From Lama guanicoe (Eukaryota), in contig MU055574.1 of assembly GCA_013239625.1 (NCBI GenBank), positions 20,506,115 through 20,570,114 on the forward strand: a stretch of 64,000 nucleotides of DNA, written 5' to 3'. The translations under genes were made by a program, and so were the position numbers. Below are positions 1 through 14,049 of the stretch, piece after piece; within the stretch, counting starts at the first letter, position 1; each line of letters begins with the position of its first letter. The notes under the pieces were generated by a model. The model had not been told where the DNA came from, searched no databases, and worked only from the letters and a program-made list of their open reading frames with translations.

Positions 1-1710
1 CAAGACACCCACGTGGGGGCAGCATCCGAGCTCTTACTTTGGGGAAGTGAAAAGCCCGGAGTCATTCTGATTCAAGGTGCAGTTTAGACAGACTCACACA
101 AAGAAAGTAGAGTCACAAGATTTATTACTACTTTCGACCCCAGAAGTGACGGGGCACGATGAGCTGAGGGAAGAGCAGTGCTCCGTCCCAGGTCACCAGG
201 GAGAGGAGACAGAGAACAGGGCGGCAAACACCTACCACTTACAAGATGGTTGGGGTGGAGGGCACTAACTTTTCACTGGCTTAACTCTAAGCAGTTATTT
301 TAGAAGATGCCCTGGGAAGAGTAAGGCAGGAACTTGTGGGGGGCACCCTAAACTCAAGTCTCCAAACTCTGGATGTGAGCAGGGTCATCGTTCTGTGAAA
401 TGCCTCGGCAGCAACTCGGAAAGACAGTTCTTTTCCCTAAAGTTGTTTTTCTCATCACAGCTGTGATCCTGTGGTCCCCACCCCGTCTTCGCCCAGACAG
501 GCCTCTTCCCAACAGCAGCATCAGTCCTTCGGCAGCACAGCTGAGTCCACTTCGCAGCTACTCCGGTGCCTGTGTCATCGCTCCCACTGCAGAGACACCA
601 GCTCCAGCTGTCGGTGCCCCCGTTCAGGGGCCTGGATCCCAGGGCCGTGGGGCCCCTCCTCCAGGTTCTCAGGCTTAGCAATGCCAACCTCTCCTCCTTT
701 TCCTAGCCTGGGGCATGTTTCCTATGGTTCCTGTAGTGATTCCTTAAAGGTACTTTAGAGTCTCCTCCTGCCCTTTCTGTTACCTGGCTAACAGCCTCAT
801 GTATATGTAAGTGAGCTTTTTATATTAGATTCTTTCTCCTCAAGCAGGTGATGTGGGCCCTGTCTGCCACCCAGATGCTGACTGGGTAAGTTCAGAGACG
901 GGGCCTTGCAGGAGGAAGGGGATACACGGCTTCCCTGGTTGCTGGGGAACTGGATCTGGTGGGGCGGGCCCAGCCAGGCTCACAGCCTTCCACCCGAGTA
1001 CTGCCCTCGCAGGTGGCTGTCCGACCCCTCACTTAGGTGCTTCCTACAGCGTCTGCCAAGGTTCAGCCTCTGGCCAGGAGAGAAGGCTGCAAAACCGGCT
1101 GTCTCTCCCTCAGGACCAAGTTCAAATACCTCCAGGGGCCGAGAAGGGGATGGGAAAGGAAGCAGTGGCCAGGAGGACAGCCCGGAGTGCTGGGGACTGT
1201 GAGTAACGGAAAAGCAAGCAGAAAGGGGACAGTCACTGTCAGTCTGTAGTGGCCTCAAGAGAGGCAGGCTCAGGGGTACCTGATCTCACGCTTTAAGAGA
1301 AGCCATAAATCTGGGTTTTCATGTGAAATAATCCCATTTTAAAACCTTGGTAACTAATTTTTAAAAACTCATTTGTGAACCAAGCATTGCATGGGCTGTG
1401 GATCTGCCGGGTTGTGACATCGGCCCTGGAGAGTCAACCAGCCCCCCAGACGGCCATCGCCCTGCGTGGTCCCAGTAGGCCTGGGGTGCGTTTGCCATTG
1501 CCTTTCCCTGAGAGCTTTAATGTCAAGGTCATGAGTTTCCATGTCTGCCTTTACTTCTTTTCCCAAGAGGCCGACTGACCTGGAAAATGTCCCAGCAGCG
1601 TCCCTAACACGCCAGGGCTCTGCAGGGTGTGCGAATCAGGGCCCCCGGGACCCCAGCTCCTTCTGCTGTTTCTGACTTTCAGTGGATAATAGGTAAAGTG
1701 AGAGGCCCAA

Positions 1711-1848
1711 TTTTACTTTATGTTTTTACCACTTTGGTGGGGGGTAGTAATTAGGTTTATTTATTCATTTAATGGAGGTACTGGGGACTGACCCCAGGAC
1801 CTTGTGCACGCTAGACATGCACTCTACCATGGAGCTACACCCTCCCTC
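1711..1848 (-). mobile_element. Camelid tRNA-derived SINE (Vic-1-like)
   Basis: Reverse complement of a GGGAGGGTGTAGCTC..TGGTAGAGTGCATG..GGTCCTGGG..CCCCAGTACCTCCATTAAA head with AT-rich tail. Confidence 0.85.
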
Positions 1849-3329
1849 TGTGGGACCAAGGTTTAACCTGGCCAAAGCTACCTTGCTGAGCTTGGGAGAA
1901 TCAGAACAGCATCTTCTTAAAGTGAGTGTGGCAGCTTCAGGAAGTGGGGTGACCTTTAGCCTAATTAGTACCTAAATAAGTATTTCCTGAAAAACCAAGG
2001 AGGAGACGAGAGAGCCTATTCTTAACTGTAGATTTTTGAAGGCGAAGATGAGACAAAGATATTTTGGGTTTTGATGGCTGACCTGGCACGCAAGGGTCCC
2101 CTCCCTGTAAATATGCCGTCAGTCACTCTGCTCAGGACGACTCAAGGCGTGGGGCTGCAGGTGGGGTGGGCAGAGGTGGGGGTGGGAGGGGGTGGGCTGG
2201 ACAAGAGGACAGGGTACGAGGGGGGATGATGAGGTGCGCGGAGCCCAGTGCTTGTTGCCAGTTAGACTTCCTCCCAGTCTCTTGCTTTGACATTGGTCGG
2301 GAGGCTTCCCGCCGGGCGCCCCAATTCCACGTACGCTTGTGCTACGTTATCAGACAGCAGTCGTTTCCACGTTTTTTGCTTCTACATGGAAACTCATAAG
2401 CAGTCACTAATTTTTCTCGTGATAAAGGGCAAAATGAGGTTGTCTCCATTGATGAAAGAGTAAACTCAGGCATTAACCTGGTAACAGGGATAACTGGTTA
2501 CCCGTCCTGGGGAGGACAGGCCACTCAATGATGAACGTGAGCTGTGGGCCTGTCACGTGTCAACGTCTTTCAGCCCCAGGGACCTGATGGTACTTCAGTC
2601 GCACGGCTCACCGTGATCCCAGCAGCTCACTGATGGCGTGCGGGTCACTGCAAACTGCGGGAAAATCCAATCACACCTGGGAACTCTTTTTTTTTTTTTT
2701 GCACAGAATAAAGATAATAAGCAGCATGGGCTATGATAGCACACAGCAGAGCTGGACATTAAGGGGTCACTAAGAGCAAAGTAAGGGTGTCCTGCGCCTC
2801 CCGGAGGCTCATCGCCACGTGCTTTGCTCTGAGCTCATTGGCGGGTCCGGGCTGCCAGGTTCACCGCCCACCATACATGGAGGAGAGAGGCCCGCAGGGC
2901 AGGGCGGTGCAGGGTTCTTGGTCATGAACACTGCTCTCCTTCTTTCTAGGGGACCAGCGGCTGGGAGGTCTGGCTCTCCAGCCTGAAAGTTGGACCAAAA
3001 TCTGCGTAAGGTCATGACCTTGGCCAGGGCTCTGCATGAGGTCTGTCCCTTTCGACAACTCAGTGTCCAACCACTCTAAGTATTTTTCTGTCTCAACTGC
3101 CCCCAGGAGACCAGTCCCACCTCAGGGACAGCATTAATTACATCAGCGGACTTGAACATTTAACCTTGTCTTTTGCAGTGAGCCTTTTTTCAAAGGCTAA
3201 GCATATAAAAAGTGAGATGCTCAGCTTGGACGTGGCGCAGACCTGAGCCTGCTCGCCCACCAGCCCATCGAGGGCAGCTCCAGCCCTGTGGTTGCCCCGA
3301 GTTCTCCATGACCCCCGTTCTCTCAGGTC

Positions 3330-4030
3330 ACTTGTACCACCTGTCAGCACATCCTCTCCCCTCCACCTCCAAAGTCTACCAGACTCTCACCCCTTCACAC
3401 CTCCCCCTGCTGCTGCTGCTCCAGGCCACCTCCATCTCTAACTTGGATCTGTGCAGGGGCCTTACCTGGTCTCTCTGCTTCTTCCTTTGCCTTCCTGCAG
3501 GAGCCCAAGTCCCCTTTTCAGGTAACAGTCAAATCATGCCATTTTTCTGCTCAAAGCCTGCTCCCATCCCACTCAAAGTAGAATCACAGACCCTATAACA
3601 GCTTATAGGACCTGATACACCCCAGCCCCATGGGCTCTCTGACTCACCTCCTGCCACCCTGCCCCTTATCTGCTCCAGCTACACCGACCTCCTGGATATT
3701 AATCCCAACACACTGAGCAGGCTTCCACCTCAGGACCTTTGCACTTGCTCTGCCTGGGCCAGGAATGCTCTTTTCTCACTTAACCTCACAGCTCTCTGGC
3801 TCCTTTCACTATTCTTGAGCACAAGTTACTGCTCAAACACCTTCCCAGGCCACCCTGGGGAAAGTATAACCTTTCCCCTGGGGGAAACCCTCCCCCTTCC
3901 CTGCTTTGTTCCTTCCACAGCACCATGAACGGACGTATCTATTTTGTCTGCCCCACTCCTCCCCCAGCAGAGATTCTCAAAAGCAAGGATTTGTATGTTT
4001 CCTTCTGAAGCATCTCCTCACAGAGCATGG
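3330..4030 (+). mobile_element. LINE-2 3' fragment
   Basis: Typical L2 segments ccaggccacctccatctct... and cctcaggacctttgcacttgct...ggaatgctctt. Confidence 0.65.
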
Positions 4031-5829
4031 GTTAGAAAAACACAGGTCTGAGGGCCTTCCCTGGCCCATTTCTGTACTATTTGGCTGTATCAGACTATGA
4101 ATGTGAATGGTTGTTTCAAACAACTGACCTACTCAGGCGCAAAGAAGCCGTCGTGCCCCGCAGTGTGAGGGTAGCACTCGCCCGCAGGTCAGCAGAAGAC
4201 CGCTGGCTCCCAGCCTGCTGCGTGTCTATGTCCTTCACACCGAGGAGGGAACTTGACATCTACTCCTTTTAAAGACTGTTATCTTACAGGAAATTTCAAA
4301 TAAAGACAAACATGGAGAAAACACTGGATTCCCACGAACTCATGGCTGGCCCTCGCCAGTCGTCAGCTCTCTGCAGTTTGTCCTCTTTACCCCACTCTGT
4401 CTTGGTGGTGTTTGTACTTGCCGTTTGTGTTCAGTGGTGTTGTTTGTAGTTATTGCTGCTGAAGCATTTAAAAGCCAATCCCAGATACTGTGTCTCCCAT
4501 AAGTACTTCCAGATGTATATTTGGAGGTTATTCTTGATCTGAGAATGGCTCCTCTCTGTCTGAGAAGGTCAGGCCCTTCAGTGGAGTGAATATCTCTGCA
4601 GGGAGGTACCCGGGCGTGGAGGAGGAAGGGAAGCCCTGGGCCCGCCACACGGGAAGCCAGTTGGTGACTACGCGGAGTGGTGGCGGCTCCTCCCGCCAGA
4701 TGCCCGGGCGCCGGGTCGGGGGTTCAGGGACCCCAGCCCCGCTCATTTGGAGGGGATAGCTGCTTTACTTGCCAAGGCAGATCACACATTTTCTCTTGCC
4801 ACTTCTGGCCCCGCTTTGTCAGAGGCATCTCAAACTCAGCATATCCACAGCATCTCAGCAGCCAATCAATTAGAAATGACAAATGTCTGCACGGCCAGCC
4901 CATGGGGACGTGTGCTGATCAACACCTCCGGATTGGACAACACTGAAAGCTACTCCTATCATATTATCAGATGTGGTTTTTGAAGCATCATTGCAAGGAG
5001 GAGAGATTTCCATTTGTAAAATGTATTGAACAGCGATGAGAAATGCACCAGTTCTTTGTCAGATTGAAAATTGTGGGAAAAAAGAGATTGTCATGAACTT
5101 AAAAGACCTTTTTGACAGAATGAAAAAAATGTCTGCATATGTGACTTGGAGAGGGAACATCACGGCTCCATGACACGGCCCACAGCTGGGCCTGATGCCA
5201 AAACCCCGGTTCCACAGATGCTGGAAAGGTGCTCAGCCCCTCAGCGCCTCCCCCTCCCCAGGCTCTCCCTGGAATGTTTACAGAATTTGTGTCACGGCAC
5301 ATCAGAACCCAAGTGTGGTCCTTCTGGCGCCATGTCTCCTTTTCCTCCTGGGGCTTACCTGGAAGGAAACTCACCACCGGGGCTTCAGATCTGTTGGTGA
5401 ATTCCACTCAGTGATTGGCTAGCATCCTTCCCACACTGGCATGGTCAGGCGCTTCGCGTCTGGTCATTCTATGAGCCACCAAGAAGCCTTTGCCAAATGG
5501 TCAACAAATGCAGTCTTCCTGCCTCCCCATCTAGACAGGCCCTGGGTGGGCGGAACATCTTCAGGCTGCAGAGGAAACTGTGAGATTCAGTGGACACCAA
5601 AGAGGCAGGTGACTCAGTGGGGCTGTGATGTGGAGGAGCTCAGGGTCGGAATCTGGGAGTAAGACAGCAGAGTCCCAGACCCGAAGAGGCGTGAGGGGTT
5701 GGGGGTGGAGAACGGGAGGAAGTAAGAGTGAGAGGGTGGGTCTCTGGACTCCCTTCTTCGGATTTATCAAAAGGTGCAGAAAAAAAAAAGTTGGTGGAAC
5801 AGGATAATTAGGAACCTGACGCTGGGGCC

Positions 5830-6020
5830 CCGCGGCCTGAGTCTGTGTTCTGGCTGTGCTGGCACCCTGGCTAGTTCCTCCAAACCTCGCCCTCCCGGTG
5901 ACTCATTTTCCTCATCTATACCATGGGGATGAGTGAAACAGTGTTCATCTCACATGCGGTTTTGAGGACCGAGTGTTACTCTGTGGAAAGCACATAGAAC
6001 ATGGTGCGCAGCAAGCCGCC
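5830..6020 (+). mobile_element. MIR SINE
   Basis: MIR core ctcattttcctcatctataccatggggatga. Confidence 0.55.
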
Positions 6021-7467
6021 CGGCGTCGCTCAGCTGTGGATGAGACATGGTTAGGGGTCTGGACCTGGGTCAGACTGGCCCGGACCTTGGACCCGGCTCT
6101 CACCCGAGTCATTTCACCTGCTCACCACGGAGAGGCTGCAGGCAGCGGTCATTACCTTTCTTCCGTGCGGGACTAGCGGAGGCTCAGACAGGGCACCTTG
6201 CTCTGAGTCCCACAGGGGGACTTGGCTTCGTACCCACCTCCTCTCCTCTGTCTAAACCTCCCTCCTCCCCCGCCCCTGGGCTTCCGTGGAACCGCGGCCG
6301 TCCCTGAGAGCAGGACTGCCAAAACAAAGAGCAGAAGGCCAGGCAGGAGGCAAGTGCCAGAGCTGTTTACTGAGGTCCTGGTCAGGGCCCCCGCCGTGAT
6401 GCAGCCGCTCCGGGCACACCAGCGCCATGAGCGGGCTGTAAGCAGCTGTGTTTCCACCTCAGGAAGCCACATGCACATCTGTTGCAGCCTTTAGAAGCTC
6501 CCAGTGCTCCTGGACCACAGGGGGGCCTGTGAAATTGCATGGCGAAGGAAGGAGTCCTGTAGACCTGCGTCCCAGTTACAGCCCCTGAGCCCAGCGGAGC
6601 GCCCAGCACAGACCGGTCCTGTGGCTGCTTGTTCGTTTATGTGCAAAGGAAGGCATTTGTCTACATGAGCCTGAAGCTCCTTCCCAGTGAGAGAGCCTAC
6701 TTTTCCATCTCTTTATATGAGAAGACCCCCAAGTGTAAGGAAAGAGAGAGAGAGAAAAATAGAAGCCAGAAAGTTAATTCTCTTTTATTTTTTCTTTTAA
6801 CAGGTTCATATTTGCTCTTCAGTTGTTCCTGACTGTGGGAGTAATTCAAAGTACCAAGTATGTGAAAACCAGTTGGAAATGTTTTAAAAGGGCAGCCAAA
6901 TAGGCGTTTCTCTTCCAAACAACAAGTTTGATTCCACTGCTGGATTTTTTTTTAACTTTTGTTTATCTTCACTAATAATTTAACTTTGAGTTCAATGCTT
7001 TCTCACTGAATAAATATTCCTAAATCGGTTAAGAGAACAGAGGAATAAGATTATCCAAAAACATTAGTCATCCAATGTGCTCTAGTGATAACAGTCCAGG
7101 ATTGGGGACAAGAAAATATAGATTTGCTCCTGAACCTGCCATGGAGCTGTGACTCCAGAATCCATTTACCTCTCGGGACCTCTGTCAAACTGAGTGGGTT
7201 GGATTCTCAGGTAGGCAACGATTACTTTTTGGATATTCACTTTCTGTCTCCTTTTTCTTCTGGTCATGGGACCCTAAGTTTCCTTTGGAGAGCCTTCTTC
7301 CACTGTCATATGTCTTAGATGGGTCTCCACCATGGGCCTGGATTCAGGGGTCTCCTCTGTAGGAATGGGAAGGGATGCTTTTAATAGCATGAAGAGACCT
7401 TCTAGGAACAAATGTTTTATATTTGAAAGTAAAAGTGGCTAACATGCAAGAGTATACCTTATTCCCA

Positions 7468-8013
7468 TGTATCGGTCAGCAATTGCTGTATAACAAATAA
7501 CCATACATTTAGCAGCTTAAAACCACATCCATTCATAATCTCAGAGTTTCCATGGGTGAGGGGTCTGGGCGTGGCTGAGCTGGGTCTTTGGCTGCAGCAC
7601 CTCACCAGGCTGTAGTCAAGGTATTGCCAGGGCTAAGTGTCATGAGACTCTCCAGTGGGGAAAGGTCGGCTCCCACACTCAGGTTGTTGTTCAGGGCTTA
7701 CTTCTTGTTGCAGGGCTAAGGCTTCAGCGTCTGTAACCAGAGTCACCCACAGTTCTCTGCCACATGGGCTGCTCCACTGTGGCCATTGTCTCCATGGCAG
7801 ACTCTTCCAGACCAGTGCGGAAGAGTCCAGCACGCCTGTTAGCAAGACGAATCTTTGCCAGATGTGGAACCTTAATCAAGGAGTGACAGCCCATCATCTC
7901 CGCCATGTTTTCTTGGTTACAAACAAGTCAAAATTCCTGCCCAAAATCCAGGAAAGGGGATTCCCACACAAGTGTGATCCCCAGGGGGCCAGTTTCCTTG
8001 GGGGTCACCTACA
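7468..8013 (-). mobile_element. MaLR LTR (MLT1 family)
   Basis: tgtatcggtcagcaattgctgtataacaaat...cagcttaaaaccaca...ctgggcgtggctgagctgggtc is a typical MLT1 terminus. Confidence 0.7.
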
Positions 8014-9766
8014 GTCATTCATACATTCTCCATTGACCATCTACATGGAAGGATTGACTTGACCTGTGAATGAGTATCTAATGTCCTACCCATTCTGTTG
8101 GGAAACACCTCCAGGTCTCAGACTGAGGCTTTCCTTGTGCATGCTGTGGTGGTCTCATCTGGAACTCCTGGTGATTTTTTCAGTAACAGCTCTCTGTGTC
8201 AAGGTCCAAGATAGACCTGCCTTTGGATGGAATTCCGTTCAGTAGTGAGAATTGTCAGAGTCAGATCCCAGGGATTCTGTTTTGTTTCAACACTTGGGTT
8301 TACCAGACAGGCTTCCTCATGGGCAAAGCTGTAACCAGAAGACAGGCTGGTTTTAATGGGTGACAGATCCCCGTATTTTTGTCTTTATCTACTTGTGGGG
8401 TTATCCCATTAGTGGGGTCCTCTTCAGTAGAATGCCTCGTCAACAGGACAGTCTACTTCCCAACTCAGGGAGTGGGTGTCTGTATGTCCTTCATTTTTAT
8501 GAGACATAATGCGGCCTGAAGTTCTCATCTTTAAATTCCATGCATTCATACCTTCTGTAAGCACTGAACATCTCCAGACTTTCCGTTGAGGAGACTTTTA
8601 ATATCTGTTCTTCTTTTCTCCAATTAAACCAGAAAAAAACGACACAGTCAGGGTTGGGGAGGAGAAACAGATGGAAGAGTGTTTTCTCCTGGAAGGATTG
8701 GGGAGAAACCAAAACACTCCCTTTTGCTTCATGGAGCATCTGAGGAGCACCTTACAGCATGAAGAAATAAATGCCAAGTCAAAGAGGAGCATCTGGAAAG
8801 TGGATGGTTAATGGTCATTTTCCAATTGGGAAGCTAAAAACAGAGGATGGTTACTTTTTAGAGCTACAGAGTTATTTTTCAGCAACTTTAGTAAACCTTC
8901 TCTTTCCCTAACTTCTCTTTCAAATGGCTGTGTTGACTTTTAAAATGTAATGTTTTAATTTTAGAATAGTTTTATGTTTATGGACAATTTGTAAAGATAG
9001 TACAGAGAGATTCCACGTACCCTACTGCCCTGACTTTTTGCTCAAAGCTTTCCAGTACGCAGTCGCCAGGCTCAGACAGATCATCAGCGCCACGTCCCCA
9101 GGGTGCAGGGAGACGAGAGACAGCTTCTTTTTCTATTTCCTTTTTAGTGCATAACTGACTCACAATGTTCAAAGCTGAGGGGTTGGGCGTGACGTTGGAA
9201 GAGGGAAATGGAAGGAAAGGAGGTAGGGGCAATGGATTCTGAACTTCCTCAAGTTGTATTTCAACGGCTAATTCCAGTCTCCTTACTACCTGCACATCTT
9301 TATAGAAACTGCTAGCAAGTGTCCCACTGAGCGGCCCGCTGCTAGGAGCCCCATCGGTGCTCGTTCCTGCAGGAGGATGCCCCTCCCTGCCTGGGCTCGG
9401 GCTGCGTGAGGCCGCCGGCTTTGCACTCAGCTTGGTTCAGGTGCTGGTTTCAGGGACAAGGAGCAAATGATAGGGAGGTTTTCTGCAGTTTCATGTCATT
9501 TATATTCTTCACATAAGCCCAAGAATATTGTCTGCTGCAGCCGGTGTGGCAGCTGTTCTGAGACCATTTAAGCAAAAGATGGCTCATGCTGACCTCTGGG
9601 AGGAGAATGCAGGCTTTTCCTTGTCCTGGGAGGGAAAGAGGGACAGGCAGACTCTCCTGGGTGGAATGGACCTCAGGGGCATTTTCTTTATATATATATA
9701 TATGATACATATGATATGTATAAGGTATATATGACATATACATGTGATAAAGAAAAAAATACATAT

Positions 9767-10239
9767 GAATGGAATACTACTCAGCCATAAAAAAGAATAA
9801 AATAATGCCATTTGCAGCAACATGGATGGACCTGGAGATCATCATTCTAAGTGAAGGCAGAAAGAGAAAGAAAAATATCATATGATATCACTTATATGTG
9901 GAACCAAAAAAAAAAGACACAAATGAAATTACTTACAGAACAGAAACAGACTCACAGACATAGAGAACAAACTTATAGTTACCAGGGGGAAAGAGATTGA
10001 GAAGGATAAATTGGGAGTTAGAAATTTGCAGATACCTACTACTACATATAAAATAGATTAACAACAAGTTTATACTGTATAGCACTGGGAACCATATTCA
10101 ATACCTGTAGTAACCTATAATGAAAAAGAATATAAAAATGAATATATGTATGTATATGTATGACTGAAATATTGTGCTGTACACCAGAAATTGACACAAC
10201 ATTGTAAACTGACTGTACTTAAATAAAAAAATAAAAAAA
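9767..10239 (+). mobile_element. LINE-1 3' end (ORF2 tail, 3' UTR, poly-A)
   Basis: aatggaatactactcagccataaaaaagaat...gcaacatggatggacctggagatcatcattctaagtgaa...tgtacaccagaaattgacacaacattgtaaactgac, then A-tail. Confidence 0.9.
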
Positions 10240-10299
10240 GTATGCAATTGATATAAAGACACATGAATAGATGAGTGGAATGGAATAGAGTCCAGGTGA

Positions 10300-10740
10300 A
10301 TGGATTAATGAACAGCAGTACAATGAAATATTACTCAGGAAGAAAAAGGAATGAACTGTTGATCCAGATAATGACATGGATGAATCCCCAAATAATTATT
10401 CTGAGCCAAAGCATCCAGACAAAAGGAGCACGTATTATATGAATCCATTTATGTTAAAGTCTAGAAAATGCAAACTAATCTGCAGTGACAGAAGGCAGAT
10501 CAGTGGTTGCTGGTGGGGAGCAGGGAGGAGGGAGGGAAGGTGGGAGGGATTGCAAAGGAGAGGCACAAGGAGACTTCTGGAGGGGGTGGATATTTTCACT
10601 ATCCTGAGTATGCTGATAGTTTCACAGGTGTGTCCATAGATCAGAACTTATCAAGTTGTCCGCTTTAAATGGACAGTTCATTTCATGTCAATTTGCAATT
10701 TACTGCATGCCAATGATACCTCAATAAAGCTATTTAAATT
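10300..10740 (+). mobile_element. Old LINE-1 (L1MC/ME-like) 3' fragment
   Basis: aaaaggaatgaactgttgat...catggatgaatc...aaaatgcaaactaatct...tacctcaataaagct. Confidence 0.7.
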
Positions 10741-12561
10741 TTCAAAATTCCTCTGCTGAACAACTGCCAAGAGCTTTTCAGCGAAGCTCCTTTTATCAGA
10801 ATCAGAGATAAGCCAGTGCCAAAAGCCGCAAACCAGAAGGAGTCACTTGTACCAAATGAGAGGGGCGTTTTCTGATCAAGTTTGGTCAGAGTGACTGGGT
10901 GAGGGGATGGAGAGCGGGCTGGGTGGCTCGTCCAAGAGCCATCATGTCATTCTTCATCTGTAAGGTGGCCACCTCGGCTGGGCTGACCTCCGATATCAAG
11001 TCTCCCTGGTCCAGTGGAAAACTGCCCTGTGATTCTGAACTTGAACTTGAGCTGATCTGAACTTGAATCCTGCCTCTACCTCACACCAAACTCAGCCTTG
11101 TAGCCTTGCCCTCTAAGATCCTGGCTGTGCTCAGTCAATGTGGGGAGGTTATTAACCCCTCGAGGGAGGATTAACATACTGATGTTAAAGTGTCTGGGCT
11201 AGAGCAGATCTTCAACGTCTGCTTGCAGTCTTCCCTCCCCTTATTCTACTGGGCATGAATCTCAGTCTACCAGTCAAGTGTGCAAGAAGTCAGGTTCCTT
11301 CTTTACTCTTCTGATACTGCATTTAATTTCTACTTTAAGCCATCAATCCACTGGAGAGTGGACATCAGTCAATTTGGTAGGTGCCTTTCCAGACTGCCTT
11401 TCAAGTTTTGGGCCACGGTGGCGGGGAGGGGGGTTCTGCTTAGATGTCTTGACTGGCCTTTGAGGGACAAGTCACACAGCTCATCACAGCTCATGGTGGA
11501 GTCACACCTCACGCGACCTCAGCCTTCACCAGGCCAGGTTCTCCTCTGCATACTCGTGTCCCACTCAAGGAAGCAACTGGCACAGAAGTCAGAGGCTTGG
11601 GCTTAGGGACTACTCAGACCTGAAGCCCTGCCCCATCATTTCCCAGCAAGGCAGAAACTTTATTTTCACATCTGAAAACAATAGAGATTAAAATAATTTA
11701 ATTCATAGGATAGTTGTGAACAATTAAATGAGTCAGAACTGAAGACAGTGCCCAGAACTTGATGAGTTGTTGATAAGTGACATTTATTTTGTCATGCTGG
11801 AGCATTCAGGCCCTGTCTCTCCTTCTGCTGGAGCTTTTGGTCCCTCTGGGCTCTTCCAGAAAAGGTGGCACTTAGACCCTCTGATCTGATTTCCCCCAAA
11901 TGATCTGGGGGTTCTGAGGGATGGAGAGGGCATGGCCCAGGGTTCCATCATAATCTTCTCACTTAAGCCTCCTGTCTCCAAAGAGGTCCCACAGGGGAAT
12001 CCTTATCCAGTTTGGGGGACAGAGGGTGCTGCATTCTTCCCCAAAAAACCTTCATAAAATACCTCCAGCCAGGTGCTCACATACTGACTCCTACTTTCTA
12101 CCTTCTGTGTGATGCGGAGCCACACGTCTGGGTGCCCTGTGACCGAATGGGAGGCTCACAGGCACAGAGACACACCGGGGCCACCCTTGGTGAACACCTC
12201 CAAATGTTAGCCTCACTCACTGAGGTGTGAGATGCGGCGCCTGATGCAGAGGGAAAGTTGCCCGCAGAAGCCCCCTGGCACCCTGATCCGCACAAGGATT
12301 GCAGCTGGGGGGCTGCGTTAGACTTCTCCATGCGGAGAGCACACCTGCTGAGTCAGAACCTCTCGCAGCCTGCTCGGAAAGTGAGAGTTACGTGTTACTT
12401 GATGCCTTTTGCAAAGTCAGGGCTCAGCAGAAAGGGGTGGGGATGAGCCCAGAGCAGAATCAGCTCCAGTCCCTGCTTTCTTCTCAGGACACGTGACGTG
12501 TTCTAAGGTAGCTTAATAGGTAGGTTAATAATGTTTTGAACAAGAACTCAAGTCGAAAGAC

Positions 12562-12661
12562 ACATACTGAAGTATATGCATGGCTGGGACATTGTGCTGT
12601 ACACCGGAGAGTGACACATTGTAACTGGTGGTACTTCAATAAAAAAAAAAATTTAAAAAAA
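12562..12661 (+). mobile_element. 5'-truncated LINE-1 tail
   Basis: tgtgctgtacaccggagagtgacacattgtaactg plus A-tail; TSD gaaagacacata/gaaagatacata. Confidence 0.75.
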
Positions 12662-12691
12662 GAAAGATACATATTTAAGAGCAGTGTTATC

Positions 12692-12705
12692 CTGCCACCT
12701 GGTGG
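12692..12705 (-). promoter_or_regulatory. CTCF core motif
   Basis: CTGCCACCTGGTGG = reverse complement CCACCAGGTGGCAG, a full match to CCASYAGRKGGCRS. Confidence 0.5.
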
Positions 12706-14049
12706 TAATATCATTTCGGTAAATTCTTTCTGTTACTGTGGCCGGTAGTCTAATGACTCACTAACTTTCCCTGAAAAGGATGAGTGTCTAGTCCTATAAA
12801 ATATCTTGTTAACTCCCTTGACACTCTCTATGAAAGACAGATCATTTAAATGTAAAATATACCATTAAGATCAGTCTTTGAGGTGTATGATGCTTAACAT
12901 ATTCATTCAACAAACATTGATCTTCCCATATGTAAAGGGCAGTGCTAGGCTCTGGGGAAAATTATACATACAGCCTCTGTCCTCAATGAGCTTCAGATAC
13001 ACTGGAGAATAAGGACATTTTATGTAAATTTCTATATTACAAGGCAGAACTCTGAAAGTTGTGCATCACGGTGAGAGGCCCTGGATAATTCCTAGGAGAA
13101 AAATTGATGACAGCATGGGAAACTAGGGAAGGCCTCATGAGGGAGGTGGCCTCTGAGCCCAGGGAGTCACCAAATACAGGAGGGACATAAGGGGATCTGT
13201 GAGGCAGAAAGGTTGCTGGATTAGTGGTGAGCAGAGATCCGTAAACTTTTTTGATTGTGCACCACTAGAAACCAAACCAAAAAAGGGAACACGCATTCCA
13301 CTAAAAGTATTTTCTTTGTGAATGATAAGCATTTACGGATGTAGCTTGTCCATTATGAGGCATATAGTGAAAGGAGCAGACTAAGAAAATAAAGAGTAAC
13401 CCTAGAACTTCCTTTTGGTTCCTTTTGGACTGTTAGGCTCACCCCACTTTGGATGTCACTGGCCTGGACCAGTGTGGGCAGGAAGAAGGCGAAAGAAGAA
13501 TCAGGAGACTCTCGGAGGCACTAAGACAGTGCAGGCTAGAGCTACTAGGGACTTAAGGAAGGGGGAGACAGAAGGTGAGAAAAGGGACAGACCTTTAGAG
13601 AGAGGACTAGAGGACTGCCAGCAGTTTACAGGGAAAGAACTGTTAAAGGTACTTCTGAGTTTGTGGCTTTATTTTGTTTTGAATTTGTAGGCCATTGGAA
13701 AGACATTGAAACATTTGCTGAAAGAGAATACAGAAGAAAAGACAGATTTCAGGAGAAGATAATCAATTTGTCTTGTATTTGTTGAGTTCTAAGTAGCAGT
13801 GAAATCTGTTTGGCTTCTGCAGGCATCCGGAAATTTCTTTTCTGAAGTCCAGAGTGGAGTGGTGTCACCTGACTCAGAGGTGATGGCAGACAGTGGGAGG
13901 GTATGAAGTTGCCCAGGGAAAGACTACAGAGTGAAACGAAAACAAGCCAAGGACAGACTCCCAAGGATGCCACCTCCCAGGGGCAGGTGCAGAGCGGGCG
14001 CCCCAGGAATAGACTAGAGTGGAGGATTGTGAGCAGGTGTGTTGGGGAG

